From NCBI GenBank assembly GCA_030704615.1, contig CM060731.1:78616001-78680000 (forward strand): a stretch of DNA of 64,000 bases, given 5' to 3'. Source of the stretch: Takakia lepidozioides. Lineage: Eukaryota; Plantae; Bryophyta. The notes beneath the pieces are model-generated. The model had not been told where the DNA came from, searched no databases, and saw only the letters and a list, made by a program, of their open reading frames with translations. Of the stretch, positions 22,095 to 35,768 are shown piece by piece. How positions within the stretch are numbered: the stretch's first letter is position 1; each line of letters begins with the position of its first letter. The translations under genes and the position numbers were made by a program.

Positions 22095-25000
22095 ATGTTT
22101 ATGAGGAGCCAGGTGCAGCGAGGGCCGGGTAGGCGTGGGTGGTGGAGCACAGTGCTGGTGCTGGCGGTGTTTCTTGCTGTGGGGACGACTGCTTGGCTGT
22201 CGCTGGTGTTTTCGTCGCACAGGAGTCCCTGTGTGGCGGACTTGCATGCGGTGCAGGGGCCTCCGTCTGCTTTTCCGTGGCAGGTATCAACGTCGGGGTC
22301 GAGTTTGAGTTTTCAGCCGAGCTCGTTTCCGGTGAATACAGGGTCGTACAGCAGCAGCCAGAGCAATGGGACGCTGGCGCTACGGAATATTGTGTTTGGG
22401 ATCGCAGGATCGGCGCAGCTGTGGTCGAAGCGCAAGGAGTTCATCAAGCTGTGGTGGCGGCCTCAGGAGATGCGGGGCTTTGTGTGGCTGGAGGAAGCTG
22501 TGAAGATTAACCCGGCCGAGAACCTGCCGCCTGTGCTGGTGTCGCAGGACACCTCCAGCTTCACGTATACTCATCCTTTGGGCCACCCCGCGGGAATTCG
22601 TATATCTCGCGTTGTGTGCGAAACCTTCCGATTGCACCTTCCTGATGTGCAATGGTTCGTCATGGGTGATGATGACACTCTTTTCTCTACGGACAACCTA
22701 GTGCGTATACTGAGCAAATATGATCCATCGGAAATGTACTATATCGGAAGCAACTCTGAAAGCCACAAGCAAAACGACCATTTTAGTCACAGTATGGCGT
22801 ACGGAGGGGGAGGATTTGCCATCAGCTATCCGTTAGCTGAGGCTCTGGCGCGCATGCAGGACCAATGCTTGGAGCGGTACCCTCTGCTCTTTGGAAGTGA
22901 TGACAGACTACATGCGTGCATTACTGAGCTCGGTGTGCCTCTCACCAGGGAACCTGGCTTTCATCAGGTCAGCATTTATCTCTCGTTGGTCTCTTGGGAT
23001 AATGTGGTTCACACTAGGCTTCAAAAAATCAGTTATGTAGTTGGCATCTGCACGCAGTTGTTCGAGCTTGTAGGGTGAGCTGTTTCTCTTCTCTGTGGCG
23101 CTATTTTTGGAAGCCTGCCTACCTAATAAACTCAACCTCATATTCAATCCAGCTTTGGATCAATTGAAAAGTGCTGCGCACATTTTTGTGAAATTACCAG
23201 CAGGTTGATCCCCTGTTTCTAGAACGACTACTGTTGTTGTTTTTCCAATTTCCTGTAAGATGAATATAGAGGACCACCCTGTCCTCAAATTCAACGGGAG
23301 ATTAGGCATCATGAATCGAGTTTCCCGGCACTCACATTTGGTGCTCTTTCCATGTCCCAGCTCAAATGAGTGAAGGAACTCTTGGGGAGGATATTTCTTA
23401 TGTTCTCCAATGATTTGTTCAGGTGGAAGCCACTTGGTGTCAGTGATGTCACTTTTAGTATGTCAAGAGTGCAGTGTGCAACTGCCTCGGTTAGAAACAA
23501 ATGACAACTCCGGCTGGGAGCTTTTCCCTTTCCTCATCGCCAATGGGTTATGGAAGTCCAAGAACTCTTGTTTCCTTGGCATTGAGGGTTACGTGTGGTT
23601 TTAAAGTAGGCACTGGAGTAAGGATTATCGATGGATTTGTGGCTGAATCAGCAGTAAAGTTAACAATGTTTGCATGTACTTCACATGCCGCAAATAGCTC
23701 ATCAAATCCAGTTGGAGTGACTGTAGGATTATGACAATAACTGCCTTGTAGCACATACAGCACCTATTGTGTGAAAATGAACCTCTGCACATAGTCTGAA
23801 TAGATTCGGTTGGGTTTGTTACACGTTCAGTTTTGATATTGGATACTGTTCGGGGTTGCTGGGGGTAATGATGCAGTTTGACATATTTGGTAATGCACAT
23901 GGACTGCTTGCTGCACATCCTGTAGCTCCCTTCATCTCCATGCACCATTTGGAGCTGATAGATCCAGTGTTTCCAAGTTTGAGTGCCTTGGATGGCTTGC
24001 ACCTTTTGGTCCGAGCGATGCGAGCTGAGCCTGGCAGCTTTCTGCAGCAATCAATCTGCTATGACCACAAGCAGGGCTTGTCATTCTCCATTTCCTCAGG
24101 TTATGTAGTACAGGTATTCCCAGAGATCATTCTCCCCCGAATTTTGACCAGAGTCGAAGTCACTTTCACAGCTTGGAACCGCGACAACAAGGCCCTGGAA
24201 TTCGGTTTTGACACCCGGCCTGCTCCCAAGTCAGCATGCAAGAAACCCTTCCTCTTCTACATGGAAGAGATCCATTATGAGGATACTCGAGTAGTTAGTA
24301 CCTATAAACGGCTCCGTAGTGTGGATCAGGCAAAGAGCGGTGCATACTGTTGGTTCGATGGCTTGTCACCTTTGAAGGTGCAGCGCATTCGTGTGGTCAG
24401 TGAACCCTTGACAAGACAGTGGTACTTGGTAAGCCACACATTCTCTCTACTTATTTTGTTGCTGATGTTATTCAGTGTAGTCTTTTCTTAAATGGTTGTG
24501 GCTGTGTATGAGGATGTCTCCCAAACTATCCAAGATGTAATGTTCGACCTGTCATGTTATTGGGCCCTCTGAGAGCCATGAGCATCCGTTGGAGTTTTTG
24601 CCCTTTCTAATCTGTTATACTTCCCTGATTATTATCTGAGGTTGTGTTTCACACGTGGCAGTAGTTGATTGAAATTTGTAATATATATGACAGGTCAAAT
24701 GTCTTTGGCCCATTTTGTGTTGGGGTTACTATCAGGATGCACAGGAACATTTTGTTCTTGGTACTTTTATGATGCCGTTTTCCACAATAACATCACAGAT
24801 TGTTGTCTAACATTGTAAAGAAGTCCAAGCTTAGCGCCCAGTACGATGTGCATGACATGCAGGGCAGTATGCCTAAGAGAAATGGAGCATTGTTGCCCTT
24901 GCATGGATTGAAGTGGGGTACTTGGGACTGAGCAAAGTCAGTTAATGTTGATTGAAAAACACTCCCAGCCCATTGAAATGTTGGGGCAAAATGCACCATC

Positions 25001-25291
25001 TAAACATTCCTGCCAATGTCCCTACTGTATGTTTCATTGGAAACCTTATATGATCATTCCCATGATATACTTGTACCTTTGCTGGGTCTCAATTTTTGAT
25101 GTTCGTAACTTTAATGTATGTAGAAGCTGGTCATTGGAAATTGGTCAAAATGGCTGAACCAAAGCAATTGAATGTGTTGGAACATGCAGGTACCGAGGAG
25201 GCAGTGTGCTAAATTGCAGGGAATCAAGGATAAAGTGCTGAGAATATCTGTGGGCACGTGTAAACATGGGGAGCTCATCAGTACTGGATGA
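22095..25291 (+). CDS. DUF604 / fringe-related glycosyltransferase (GT31-like); 3 exons ~22095-22967, 23877-24428, 25190-25291
   Basis: N-terminal TM segment, NIVFGIAGS, WFVMGDDDT, YYIGSNSE, MAYGGGGFAISYPLA, GSDDRL, EPGFHQ|FDIFGNAHGLLAAHPVAPFISMHH, WYL|VPRRQC. GT-AG phase-0 junctions. True start may be the ATG at 22061 if one base is missing. Confidence 0.92.
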
Positions 25292-26467
25292 ACTAAAGCT
25301 CACGAGAATGGCTACGTCGCGTAATTTTGATGCCACCTGTGCTTGGCCAAAATCCGGTCTCGGAGCTGCCAATGTATGTTACCCTGTGAGAAGTTGATGA
25401 AAATCTGATTCCTGGGTGACTCTGATGCAGCCTCGAGTTTATTTCGCACTTGTGAGCATGCCGTGTGTGGTTGAGCTGTGCAGAAGAGTGCGACATTACT
25501 TGAAGAGCCACATTGCTTGGATCACTGAGAAAAGAGGATTGTCATTCTGTAGATTATGTGGAGGAAAATGCTCAACAAAGCACATGAGATTTCTGTTCCC
25601 CGCCGTGTAGCTGTCAGTGAGAAAGACATGACTGTAGGATAGGCAATCCTTCCAATCTTATCCACGCTTGCACCATGTGACTGTGCCAGCCGTTGTGGGG
25701 TGTGGCAACAACTATGGGATTCTTTGCCTCTTGGTTCCCCAAGAGAGCGTCACACATTATTTGAGCTTATTGTAGTTTTGCTGCCTAGGTTAGAACAGCG
25801 GCACATCTCTTGTCCCATCTCATGTATTCTATTCTTATTCATTTTGGAGTCAGGCTTGGTAACTACCATGATGTACCATTGCTATCTCCCCTGTTCTGAT
25901 GTCCACTTTTTTTATTTGTCCGATTAGGTCTATTGTGATTCCCTGCTACAGTATTCTCAAAATCTGGTAATTCAATGACGTTCAGTCACCAATTTCCTGG
26001 AAGTAATTAGCCACATTCTTGCCTAACCTGGAAAGTTCAGCACTTGGGGCTTTGTCGATCACTGCTATTCCTGGCTGCTGCAACCGTGCTGGTTATCCAC
26101 TATATTCAAGCTGTATATGCCCATGAGGGAGGGCAACAACACTATGCCACCTAAAAACTAACAATCTGTGTCTGTTGCAAGTTTCTTTCACATCACTCAA
26201 ATGATCAGTGAGTACCTCATGGAGAATAAACACTATGAAGGGTGAATTCTTATATAACCCTGCCTATGTGCCAATTATTGAAGGAATGTGGTGCTTCGCA
26301 AATTTCAGTTTCGAAGACTTCAGAAAACTACCATTCAACTCTGATGCTGATTTCTGTGGATCGAGTGATTTGTGTAGCTTTGAGTAATGCAAAGATCAAA
26401 TACTTGGAAGTTCAACTAGACCTGATGCAATTGATCAAATTGATGTGAAGAAAGGACCCAGTTGAGA

Positions 26468-29400
26468 TTAGGTATAAAGGTATCTGTATGGTGAAGCAGA
26501 GTCTGCAGTCCTGGGTTTGATAGGAGTCCTGGGTGTGCGGGGTCTTGGGGTCTCAGTTGCCCTGTTTGACTGAACTGACGGGGTCCTGGTGTTGCCACCA
26601 GTTGAGAAGTGACTGGGCCATTTGCCCTTATTGTTGTTACTGACTGCCTTCACATGAAGCTCTCCATCCGGAAACACTGATACCTGCTCCAAGACCATAC
26701 CCAATGAAGTTTCCACCTGTCAACCTCTGCCCATCACCTTATATACTAGTTCAATCTAATCCAGGTGATAGCATTAGCTGCGAAATCACTCTACTGTTCT
26801 CAATGTTGGGACCTAACTGGTCGTCCAACCTTATGCAACTGTTGGGACTTGGGTAAAGTCAATAAGGACAGAAGGGTTGACCATGACACGAGTGACACTG
26901 GCTAACCAAGAATATGTACGACAGACAAGCAGTACCTGATCCATAGCCATCTTGTCAATGGCATACACCACTTGTGGAGTGGAACCTCTCTTAAGAACCT
27001 GTATCAGACATGCCGCTCTTTTAGCCTACGCCACCACAAACCAATGATTCAAGTTCCATTTCCTTCATGCTGTATTTACTGTGAACATCAGATAAGAGCC
27101 ATGAAAAGGAAAACTCGGAGAGAGGATGCAAGACACGCAGCAGCCTCCCTTGATAGGTTTACAGTATGTTTTGAAGGCCGGGTTCTTGGCATGAAAGACA
27201 ACTGATCTCATGGCTTTTCTCAGCATGAGCTGCACGACATTCTAGCCATCAATGGGTTCTTTGGCTTCCAGAAAAAAGTCGTCATGTGGGAAAGATTTGT
27301 TTCAAACTGTCAAGGATCAGATATGCAAATAGACACATACATCCTGTTTCATAACTCGCATCAGAGAATTGAAGCTGGAGGCTCCTTTCACCAGCAACTT
27401 GTTACGCTGAAAATAGTTGTTCTGCAAGCACATCCAAAAAGCCTCATGAGCTATGCCCATTACATCTTCCACCCCATGCCCAGATTTGATTGTCTACAGG
27501 ATTTTCCATGCTGCTCATTGATTCCTGTCAGGTCCTGAGCTGAAACCAAGCAAACCCATGGCTAATTCCTGACAGACTGCACGCACTCTGGACCCACCAG
27601 AGGTGTCACCAGGACAGACCAGTGACTTATTACCAATGGTTGAAGAGACTGCTGCATGATTGTTCAGGCAATAACAGAGTACACATTGAAAATCCAAGCA
27701 TTAAAGCAAAAGGAAAGGCAGTGATCATTTGTCTCTGAGTAGTCAAAAAAAAAAATTATTTCTGATCTAGCAAAAATCGACCTTTTGCTGTCTGAATGGG
27801 AGACCGACAATCATCGTGTCAGGAATGACCTTCATACTCACTATGGAGAATGGTCAATGCCACTGAGTTTCAACCTATTGCTGCTTCCAGACATTGCATC
27901 CAGCTGGGAGGGCAAAGGAACTCTCACTTCCGATAGAAGCTGCTCCTTCAGGTTACGAATCTCATGCTCCTGTTGCTCTTGTTGATCCAGGGCCAGCTGT
28001 TGCTGTCGCTGCAGGCGTCCAATGAGTTTGGTCAGAGCAACGCGCTCCCCTGACAACACCTGTCCAGCCTGCACCAGCTCTGCTACACGGTCCTTGTTCC
28101 AGTCTCCAGAGTCAATGATGCTAGTGAGCCGCTCATTTTCAATACGTAGTTTCTCATTCTCTTTCTCAGCAGCACTGGCATAGTTCTGCATGTTCTGCAT
28201 CTTTCTTTGCGCACCCATCTGCAATTCCCCCCTTATCCACCCAGTCATCTATTGGTGCTTCGCTCATGTTGATGTTGAAATTTAGGGTCCTTATCCATGG
28301 ATACAGAAAGTCTGAAGTGCTGTTTCAAATGATCCTGCTACACAAATTGTATCTTCACACACTGACAGCAATTCAATTCAACCTATAATTGAAGAATCCT
28401 GCTATGTATTACTGCCCAGCAAGTGCAAGAACAGTTGAAAATCAAGGTTCATCACCAGTAACCATCCAGTCAGTCATCTGTTCATCAGCTCATCCACCTG
28501 AAAGAGAAGGCCAACCTGCATAAAAGAAATCCAGGCCTGAAAACACAGGCTCAGTTTGCGGCGATTCCTTTTGTGCAAATAGCGGGTCACAACCTCTCGT
28601 ATGCGCTTACTCTCCCTACATGTGTCCACAAATGCGTTAAAGCATCGTGATAGGAAACACTTGTTGAGCTTCATCATGCTCCCATGTAATCGTGCCTTTG
28701 ACTCACGTTTACCTCCAACCCATGCCTTCCAGGCATAGAAAACAGGGCGTAACACAACACTCCTCTGAATCTTGTGAACGGAGCTCATCATCTGCTTTTT
28801 GGCATCCAGAAAATTATACCATGCCAGCAAGCACTTACGCAGGGTCTTATTTCGCAATCTTGCCCTGCTCTCCTACAGCACATGGTGACCCTTACCTTCA
28901 GGCATCTAACAGACAAAGGGCTGTTATTTTTCTCAAGCAGGTCGCACCAAGAAAACCAAATCCAGGAACTGGAAAAGTAAATAGGTCTAGTCTAGTTGTC
29001 CCACGGACCTTTGATCTTTATTGTGCATAAATGGGAGATGGAGTAAGTGCTTGAAGGAAAGACCACCTTCCAGAATCATTCGTGGAGACACCAGAAGGAA
29101 GATAAGCTTACTTGAGGAAGGAGCGCTTCTTGGCTCTTTGCCGAGCAACAGCATGCCAGGCAAGGAAAGCACGAGTTGCTTGCTTTTTTAGCAGGTATAT
29201 AATTATCTGCCGCAAGTACTCGAGCTCTGTGCGCATCACCTCCAGTCCTTCCTGGCCCCACCAGCCCATTTTTAAGTCTCTCTTCCTTTGTTGCAATATG
29301 GGGATAAATCTCTTTCTTGCTCTCAGACGAAAATGTATGAAGAGATGAGAAAGAAACTCTGCACAATCTTGCAGAGGCCACTGGAGAAACAGGTGCTGGA

Positions 29401-32220
29401 GAAAGATGGGAAAGGAGCAAAGGAAGGCAACAGAGAAAGTACACACCAAAAAGGCATGAAAGTAACGGCGCAGACGATTGCGGTGAATGACGTTGCATGC
29501 TCTTTTGCCCACAGCTTCTTGATGCTTTGCATTCAAGTCTTTTTTCATCCTCTTTTCTCGCCTGCATGTGACCCAAACCCACATAGCAACTGGATATAAA
29601 TAACAACCTGATATAATTCATTCTTGGACCAACCACATACAGGGCTCTCTTCAAATGACAGCACAGGTTTCAAATAGTTCATGAAATAAACTGTGAGAGA
29701 ATCATGTAAAGAGAGTACCTGTGCTCTTCAGCTTGCCGGGCACTTTCCCTAGCAATGGCAGCCCATGCTCTCCTGCAACACTTACAGATCAGCACAATGA
29801 AAAATACACATTCACCCTCTGTCCTGCTGCCAATAGATTCCTCTTTGGATTTCAAAGTATCTTGTACAAATGCTCATGGTATACCTAAGGTGAGCCTAAA
29901 CTGTGAAGTAGCAAGCATTGATTGTTGACCATATTTGTCTTCAATAGAAGAGGACAAAGAGCTTTGCTTCAAGAAATGCCACGTGCCCTGTGGTCTGAAG
30001 AAAAATACCAAATACGGTCAAGATGGCGGCGCTGAAGAATATGTGTGGCAGAAGAGAGTAAACGCTTCACTCTTGTGCCCAATAGTTGCAATCGATGCCA
30101 ACCCTTGAAGGCTCGTGACATCAGGGTCTTCTTCTGCCAGGTGACAGCACGCTTCAGCTGCAGCTTCTTCCGCTTTTGCCATTGTGTCTCCAAACTCCAA
30201 GCCATAAATGCAACCCGCAGGATCCTCTCATTGCTTTTCTTCACCTGTTTAGCACCCCCAATTCACCACATAACACTTCTAATAAGCATGTTGGCATATG
30301 TCTTTCATTTCATTGGGGTGCACACAAAATCTGAAAAGAGCTACAGTTCCTGGGTTCGCATCTTGCCCACTTTTTAAGCCAGCCTTTGTTTCCCCATTCT
30401 TATCTCTGTTTACATATCCCTCTTAGCAAGCACATTTGGACATTCTACCACCGCTGTTCTATGGCCCAGAAGTTCTTCTCACCTCTATGTGCATGCAACA
30501 AAGTACAAATTGAAATTAAACAGGAATTCAGAGGGAAACCCATGCCGTTTTTTATCTTTCCCATTTTCTGATGTGAAACCAGACATTACCTGGAAAGTGA
30601 GCAAGGAACGGTTTCGCTCAATCGCATACTTGACACATTCAGCATTGGCTGCAAGCTCATCAAGTTGTTCATAAGCCATTCGCATGGGCAACTCATCCTC
30701 TTGCACTGCCCTATGTAGTGCCTGTCCAGCCCTCCCACTGCTTTGTATGCATTCCCATTTCGAAATTGGGATCCACATAAGCAAGATAACTTACTTCCTA
30801 CCAAAACATGTCTCACTGATCAACTTGTAACCAACTGCACACAATGTGTCGAAACTGTCTCTACAGCTTAACTCTGCATGACATCAGGAGTTGAAAAGGG
30901 GACAGAGAAGCAAAAAAATGTGGGAGGGGGAGCACTGTAAACAAAAGCACAAGGAAGAGACAATGATGGGCCCTACCTTAATGCCTCTGTGGAATTGATA
31001 ACCAGTTTTGGGAGTGGCAGGTTTGGAGCTATCGCTGCTTTGGCTAGAGCTCACATCAGTCTTACTAAACCGCTTCAGCAGTTCTTTAACCTCTGGGTTC
31101 TCCAAATCCAGCCCCTCAGAACCTCTAGAATTCCGGGCAGATCCCCACTTCTTCGGGTTAGGCTTGTCCTCCTCACGTTTTCTGCCCCGCTTATCCACAG
31201 ATTCCTGTGGTTTGGAAGATGACTCTGTAGTCAACTCCGGGCGATCATTGGGGGTGCCTTGGTCTATATCTGAACCTGATGTGCTTTCTTCAAAACCTAT
31301 GTCAGTTCCACTTGAGGGTTTCCGACCGGTTGCAAAGTTTTGTTGAGCTTTGTGGCTTTCTTTGTTTTGTGTTCCACTCCCTGATTCATCTTCTTCTGTT
31401 TTCGTAGATTGATCCACCTTATTCTTCCTTGCCTTCTGTGATTCCCTCCTGGTTTCTGAGAAGTTCCTGGCTGACTTTGCACGTGGGGCCTCCTGGTCCT
31501 TCTCTGTGTCACTTTCTTCCTCAGTCAGTGAGGAGCGCTCTGCTGCCATTCTTCCCTTCAAATATTCTATTGCTAATCAGTTACAAAGTTTCTTCATCCG
31601 TTCCATCTTCTTCTTTGCATTTGTTGAGGCCTCCAATGCTGCATCACAACCACTTTATTTTCTGGGGCCACGTCCTGGTACAGAAAACAGACAACTCAGG
31701 TTACATTAAAGACGTACAAAAGCTGCAATATACCTTAATTGTAGGCAACTGAAGGTACTACCTAACGACTAGAAAATGGTCGAGGAAAAAGACACGGTTA
31801 TAACAAGGGCCACACTGCAGCCGCACCTACTAATCGGGGTGAATTTACTGGACTAACATTGAATTGACCCCAGCAAGTCCAGATAAATATACAGAGAATG
31901 CCTGCTTACATGCCTCATGAAACCATTGCCGCAATGATTGCAATGTGGTCTTCAGCGCTGGTTGCGTAAACCAAACATCTACTGTCGATCGCACTGCTCT
32001 TTAGCAGACACAGTGGACTGACCAGCGGAAGGGTGCATTTGGATGCGTTGCACTAAAGCAGGGTGTCAAATGGTACCCGAACATCTCAACTTCCAATGTG
32101 TTATCAACATCCTATGTAGTGAACTTAACTCTATGCAGAGGAGAGAGAAGCACGGAATCGGAAAGGCTTACCTCAGATATGTACCCAACTCGCGTCACTG
32201 CAGAATGAAACAAATGCATT
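26468..32220 (-). CDS. Multi-exon coiled-coil protein with Sfi1-like (centrin-binding) repeats; exon limits approximate
   Basis: Repeated LR.aF.aW units (ILRVAFMAW, MSRAFKGW, ATRAFLAW, LRKCLLAW, LRPVFYAW, LSLCFQAW) in ORFs 29969-30244, 29108-29584 and 28474-28857. Coiled coil 27841-28248; charged N-terminal exon 30884-31561; GT-AG boundaries. Confidence 0.7.
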
Positions 32221-32702
32221 GGGAAAGTATCTGAGCGCATTGAAGAGCCCCCCGGTCCTGCAACAATGAGGCCCTTAAACCCAAAATTCAAAATTCTGAA
32301 GATGAGGCAACCAAGACACTCATCCGAATTGCTCAGAGCCAACCCAAATGCCAAAAGCGCGCGGTTATGGTGCACAGAGAGAAGAGAGCGTGCGAGGCAG
32401 AGGAGAGAGCGAGGGAATAGCGAAGTGTGTTCGGGGTGGCCGCGGGAACTGGGTTCCATCAACGAACATGCATCTTCGCTCAACGAACGAGAAGCTGACC
32501 ACGTCCACTCAATCTCTTACATATCAGTATATAAATCATCATACAGTATCAATCTAGAGTACGTGTTCATATGATGCAAACCTGTACAGCTTTATTTACA
32601 GGAAACATGAGGTATTTGAACATATGATAGAAAAACCCCATAACCGGAAAGAACAAGGAAGGGAGAAAAGGGAAACAAGCTAAACTAAACTATTCAAAGT
32701 TA

Positions 32703-33120
32703 TCAGCAGTCATCCCAACCTACTGCCTGAAGTAGGTCGGAGGGCAACATGGGTGTAACGTCTAGGAGAGTTGGGAGGTGGGATGAAGCCGATCCAGCTA
32801 CGTCCGTCCGATGTAAAATGGCCATTGCTTGAGCTCTCTGTAATGCAACGGCCACTTTTTGTCTGTAAAAGGCCACAAGAACAGAGGCATAAGGAATGCC
32901 CGTGGTCTTGTTTTGAGCCGCTCGATGGGCACATGAACGGAGTAGGTCGTCAAACCGGCGATGGAGACAGCCGAATACCTCTACAGCCAAAGGGATGAAA
33001 GTGTCGGTAGGATGTTTGTCCCCGCAGTCGCGTTCCTTTGATTGAGCAGCAACCAAAGCGGCGGAGCCCTGGGAAGATGCCGATCGTGAAAGTAGGTCGG
33101 ATCGGTAGGGTCGGCAATGG
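32703..33120 (-). mobile_element. 3' fragment of a non-LTR retrotransposon with restriction-like endonuclease
   Basis: IADPT..SAALVAAQSKER..DTFIPLAVEVFGCLH..KVAVALQRAQAMAI; followed by a T-rich 3' UTR with AATAAA. Confidence 0.72.
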
Positions 33121-33557
33121 GGGAATGCGTGCGCGTGAGCCTGGCAGCTTGGTTAGGCTCACGCCACGTCAGCAATCATCCACGTGTGCAGGTCCTAATT
33201 CCGTGCTTCCCCCCCTATTACCGCGGATCAGTTGTCGCCTATGTCCCTTTCATCGCCCCCACATGAATATTCTTTCCGACCGAGAACAATGGTAGGTTTA
33301 TGGATGGTTTAGGATCGAGGACATGATTTTTGAATGAGGAGATCGCCCGCTAGAGAATTGAATATTAACATCAAACCCCTTTTTTTGCAAAGTAGTTCAT
33401 TCATTCCAACCCACAAACATTTTTCAATGCTAGAATCTGAAGACCCACCCCAGGCAATCCCTAACTGTACTTACGGGAACGCGCGAAGATCTTGAAAAAC
33501 AGTTTGGGGATGGTAGCAAAACCAAAATACATTTTATTAAGTCTCGGTACTTGAACC

Positions 33558-34939
33558 TCAAGAACTATTGGAGGTTTCAGAGGAACTACTTCCAGAGTCT
33601 GCAGCAATATCATCTATGAACACAGCAGCCCATCCTTGATGTTTTTTTTCTCCGCGACCCCCATGGAGAGGCGAATACATTGTTTGTTGGGACAACACCC
33701 ATGCGCAAGCTTCCGCGTAAACCGGCAAGCGGTAAGCTCTAGGGGGACTCGGGGACATGTAGTATCCTTGGAAACCGAAAGGTGTCTGCGTATTCGATGA
33801 CGCCTGCCGAACTCTGGAAAGCAAGAAGAGGAATGGTGGTAGATGTTATCATCCAGAAATAGACAATGTAAGCAACCATCTGTCGAACGGGAATGACACA
33901 ATGAAATGCAACATATTTTGCACGACTAGAGCCGAACTTACTCACACTCAAAATCGGAGTCCACGTTGAGATCCTCGTCAGGCGCTTCGGGCTCCTCAAG
34001 AAGTCCCTCCGTGGATGGGGCAGAAGTAGTGCCGACTCAAGCTGATGAAGCTCGTTTGATAAGAGCTCTGTATCAGCCTCCATGCCAAAGAAGTGCCTTC
34101 CGGCGCTTTTGCACGTATGAAAAGATGCTCATGCAAATCGAAGATGAACGAGAAATCAAAACAGGGCTTCCCTAAGCTCACTGCCCACATTTCAAACACA
34201 GTGTTCAGGGCCCCACCTGTTCCCATAGAAAAGTCAACCACTCGTCCACCGTGACGGCTGCATGTCTCCACCAAAGTCTGCATGAAAGCTGGGGATTCTC
34301 CCGTGCACCTCTCCAAGGGACACCAGTCGACCTTTTCGTGGTTCGACCCGAGTCCACGTAATTGAAGATTACATCATCCTCCACTGGCTCGCAAGTGGGG
34401 TCAATGTGAGCTGCAAGGTCCCTCAACTGGAACTCAGCAATACCAGGAGGAAGAGTGTCTTTACGCACCCTCACCAGGCACAAAGCTTCGAACACCCGAG
34501 TCTGTCAACAATCACGAAGAGAGCATGAGGCAAAAGACAAAACCAACTTTTGACATGTACATCAGAACCACTAAACTTTAATTCAAAGGAACCAACTCAC
34601 TTTCTACCCCGGGAACTCGCCCTTCGTAAGAGGTAGAGTGTTGATGCATGTCCAAGTTTTGATGACACGAAACCCGGAAGCTTTCATGTAGCTGAAAAGA
34701 GTTCTCCGTGCCGACATGTCCTTTGACTGCATGAGAAGAAGAGCCCCCGAGTCAGAAAGGAATTTGTTGTTGAATGAGAAGGCCCACTGCCAGTAACGAG
34801 AATCTGATTTGTTCCAAGTGGGGGTTGAATTGGAAGGCAACACATCAGGGACAGGGAAACCGTCAGGAATGTCCAGCACCACAAGGTCAGTCGCGTATGC
34901 CTGCTGAACTCCATTCACCCAATCCGGCCTTTTTTTGAC
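33558..34939 (-). pseudogene. Beta-class N4-cytosine/N6-adenine DNA methyltransferase exons (3' part of the ParB-MTase gene)
   Basis: DLVVLDIPDG (DPPY-position motif IV), KFLSDSGALLL, then RE(K)SPAFMQTLVETCSRHGGRVVDFSMGTG (motifs X-I) in beta order. Premature TAG at ~34604 and a 1-nt frameshift at ~34297. Confidence 0.72.
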
Positions 34940-35044
34940 CTACAGCCAAAAATAGGAGACAGTGTCACAAGCCCAATCTTGATCCAACAGGAAATCAATC
35001 CCATCGACAAGCTAGAACAAGTTGCCAAAACAAAATTATTCACA

Positions 35045-35768
35045 TGTCGCACACCTCAGTTCGGTAAACTCCCCTTCAAGTCATAGTTACTCGCTTTGAT
35101 GCGCGCGCCTGACTCCCAACCTGGCCGCCGGGCCAACTTGGAGTTTCGGCTGCTCACCGGGACATAACGGTCCCCTTCCGCTTCCCTCTAAACCCTCCAC
35201 CTATTTGGGACTAGGAGAATTCCCTTTGGTAGATGGCAGTCCGGAACAGCTCCCCACTCTTTGGTCGCTTTCCGGCTCGCACGCTTACTCACTAGTTTTT
35301 GGTCACCAACGGGCTTGCACCGTTCTCGGGGTTACTACTCCCTATATATACTTCTGTAGCTGTCCGCGGGGGTTTCATAACCAGCCATGCCATTTTATGG
35401 CGAACCACCACGAAAACCCTCGACTCCCGGTGGTGAGTCGCGGTGAGTCTTGGCCCACTCACCGCGGCCCCAATGGACCGTGATGAGTCCCAAGACTCCC
35501 CACGACTCCCACCTCGAGGTCTCCACCCCATGGTGAGTCCTATGCCACCCCCACTAAGTCCCACTAAGCTACCACCACCCCTTGTGGAGCCACCTCCACC
35601 GCAACCCGGTGTGCGGGGCTCCACCTAGTGAGCGCCTCCGCCTCCTTGAGTGCCTTGGGCACTCAAGGGTGCTTCAGCCCCCCCATACCTATCGCTGCCG
35701 CTGCCCCCACCACAGGGCAGCCCCTCATGTGTCCCGACCCCCTGCCCTCAAGGCAAAGGGCCGCGACA
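35045..35768 (-). repeat. 3' LTR of chromovirus A
   Basis: Direct repeat of 41289-42013. Confidence 0.97.

Noticed and set aside
35470-35510. Hammerhead ribozyme in the LTR (TGATGAGTC..GACTC)
   Set aside because: Lacks the CTGATGA and GAAA core.
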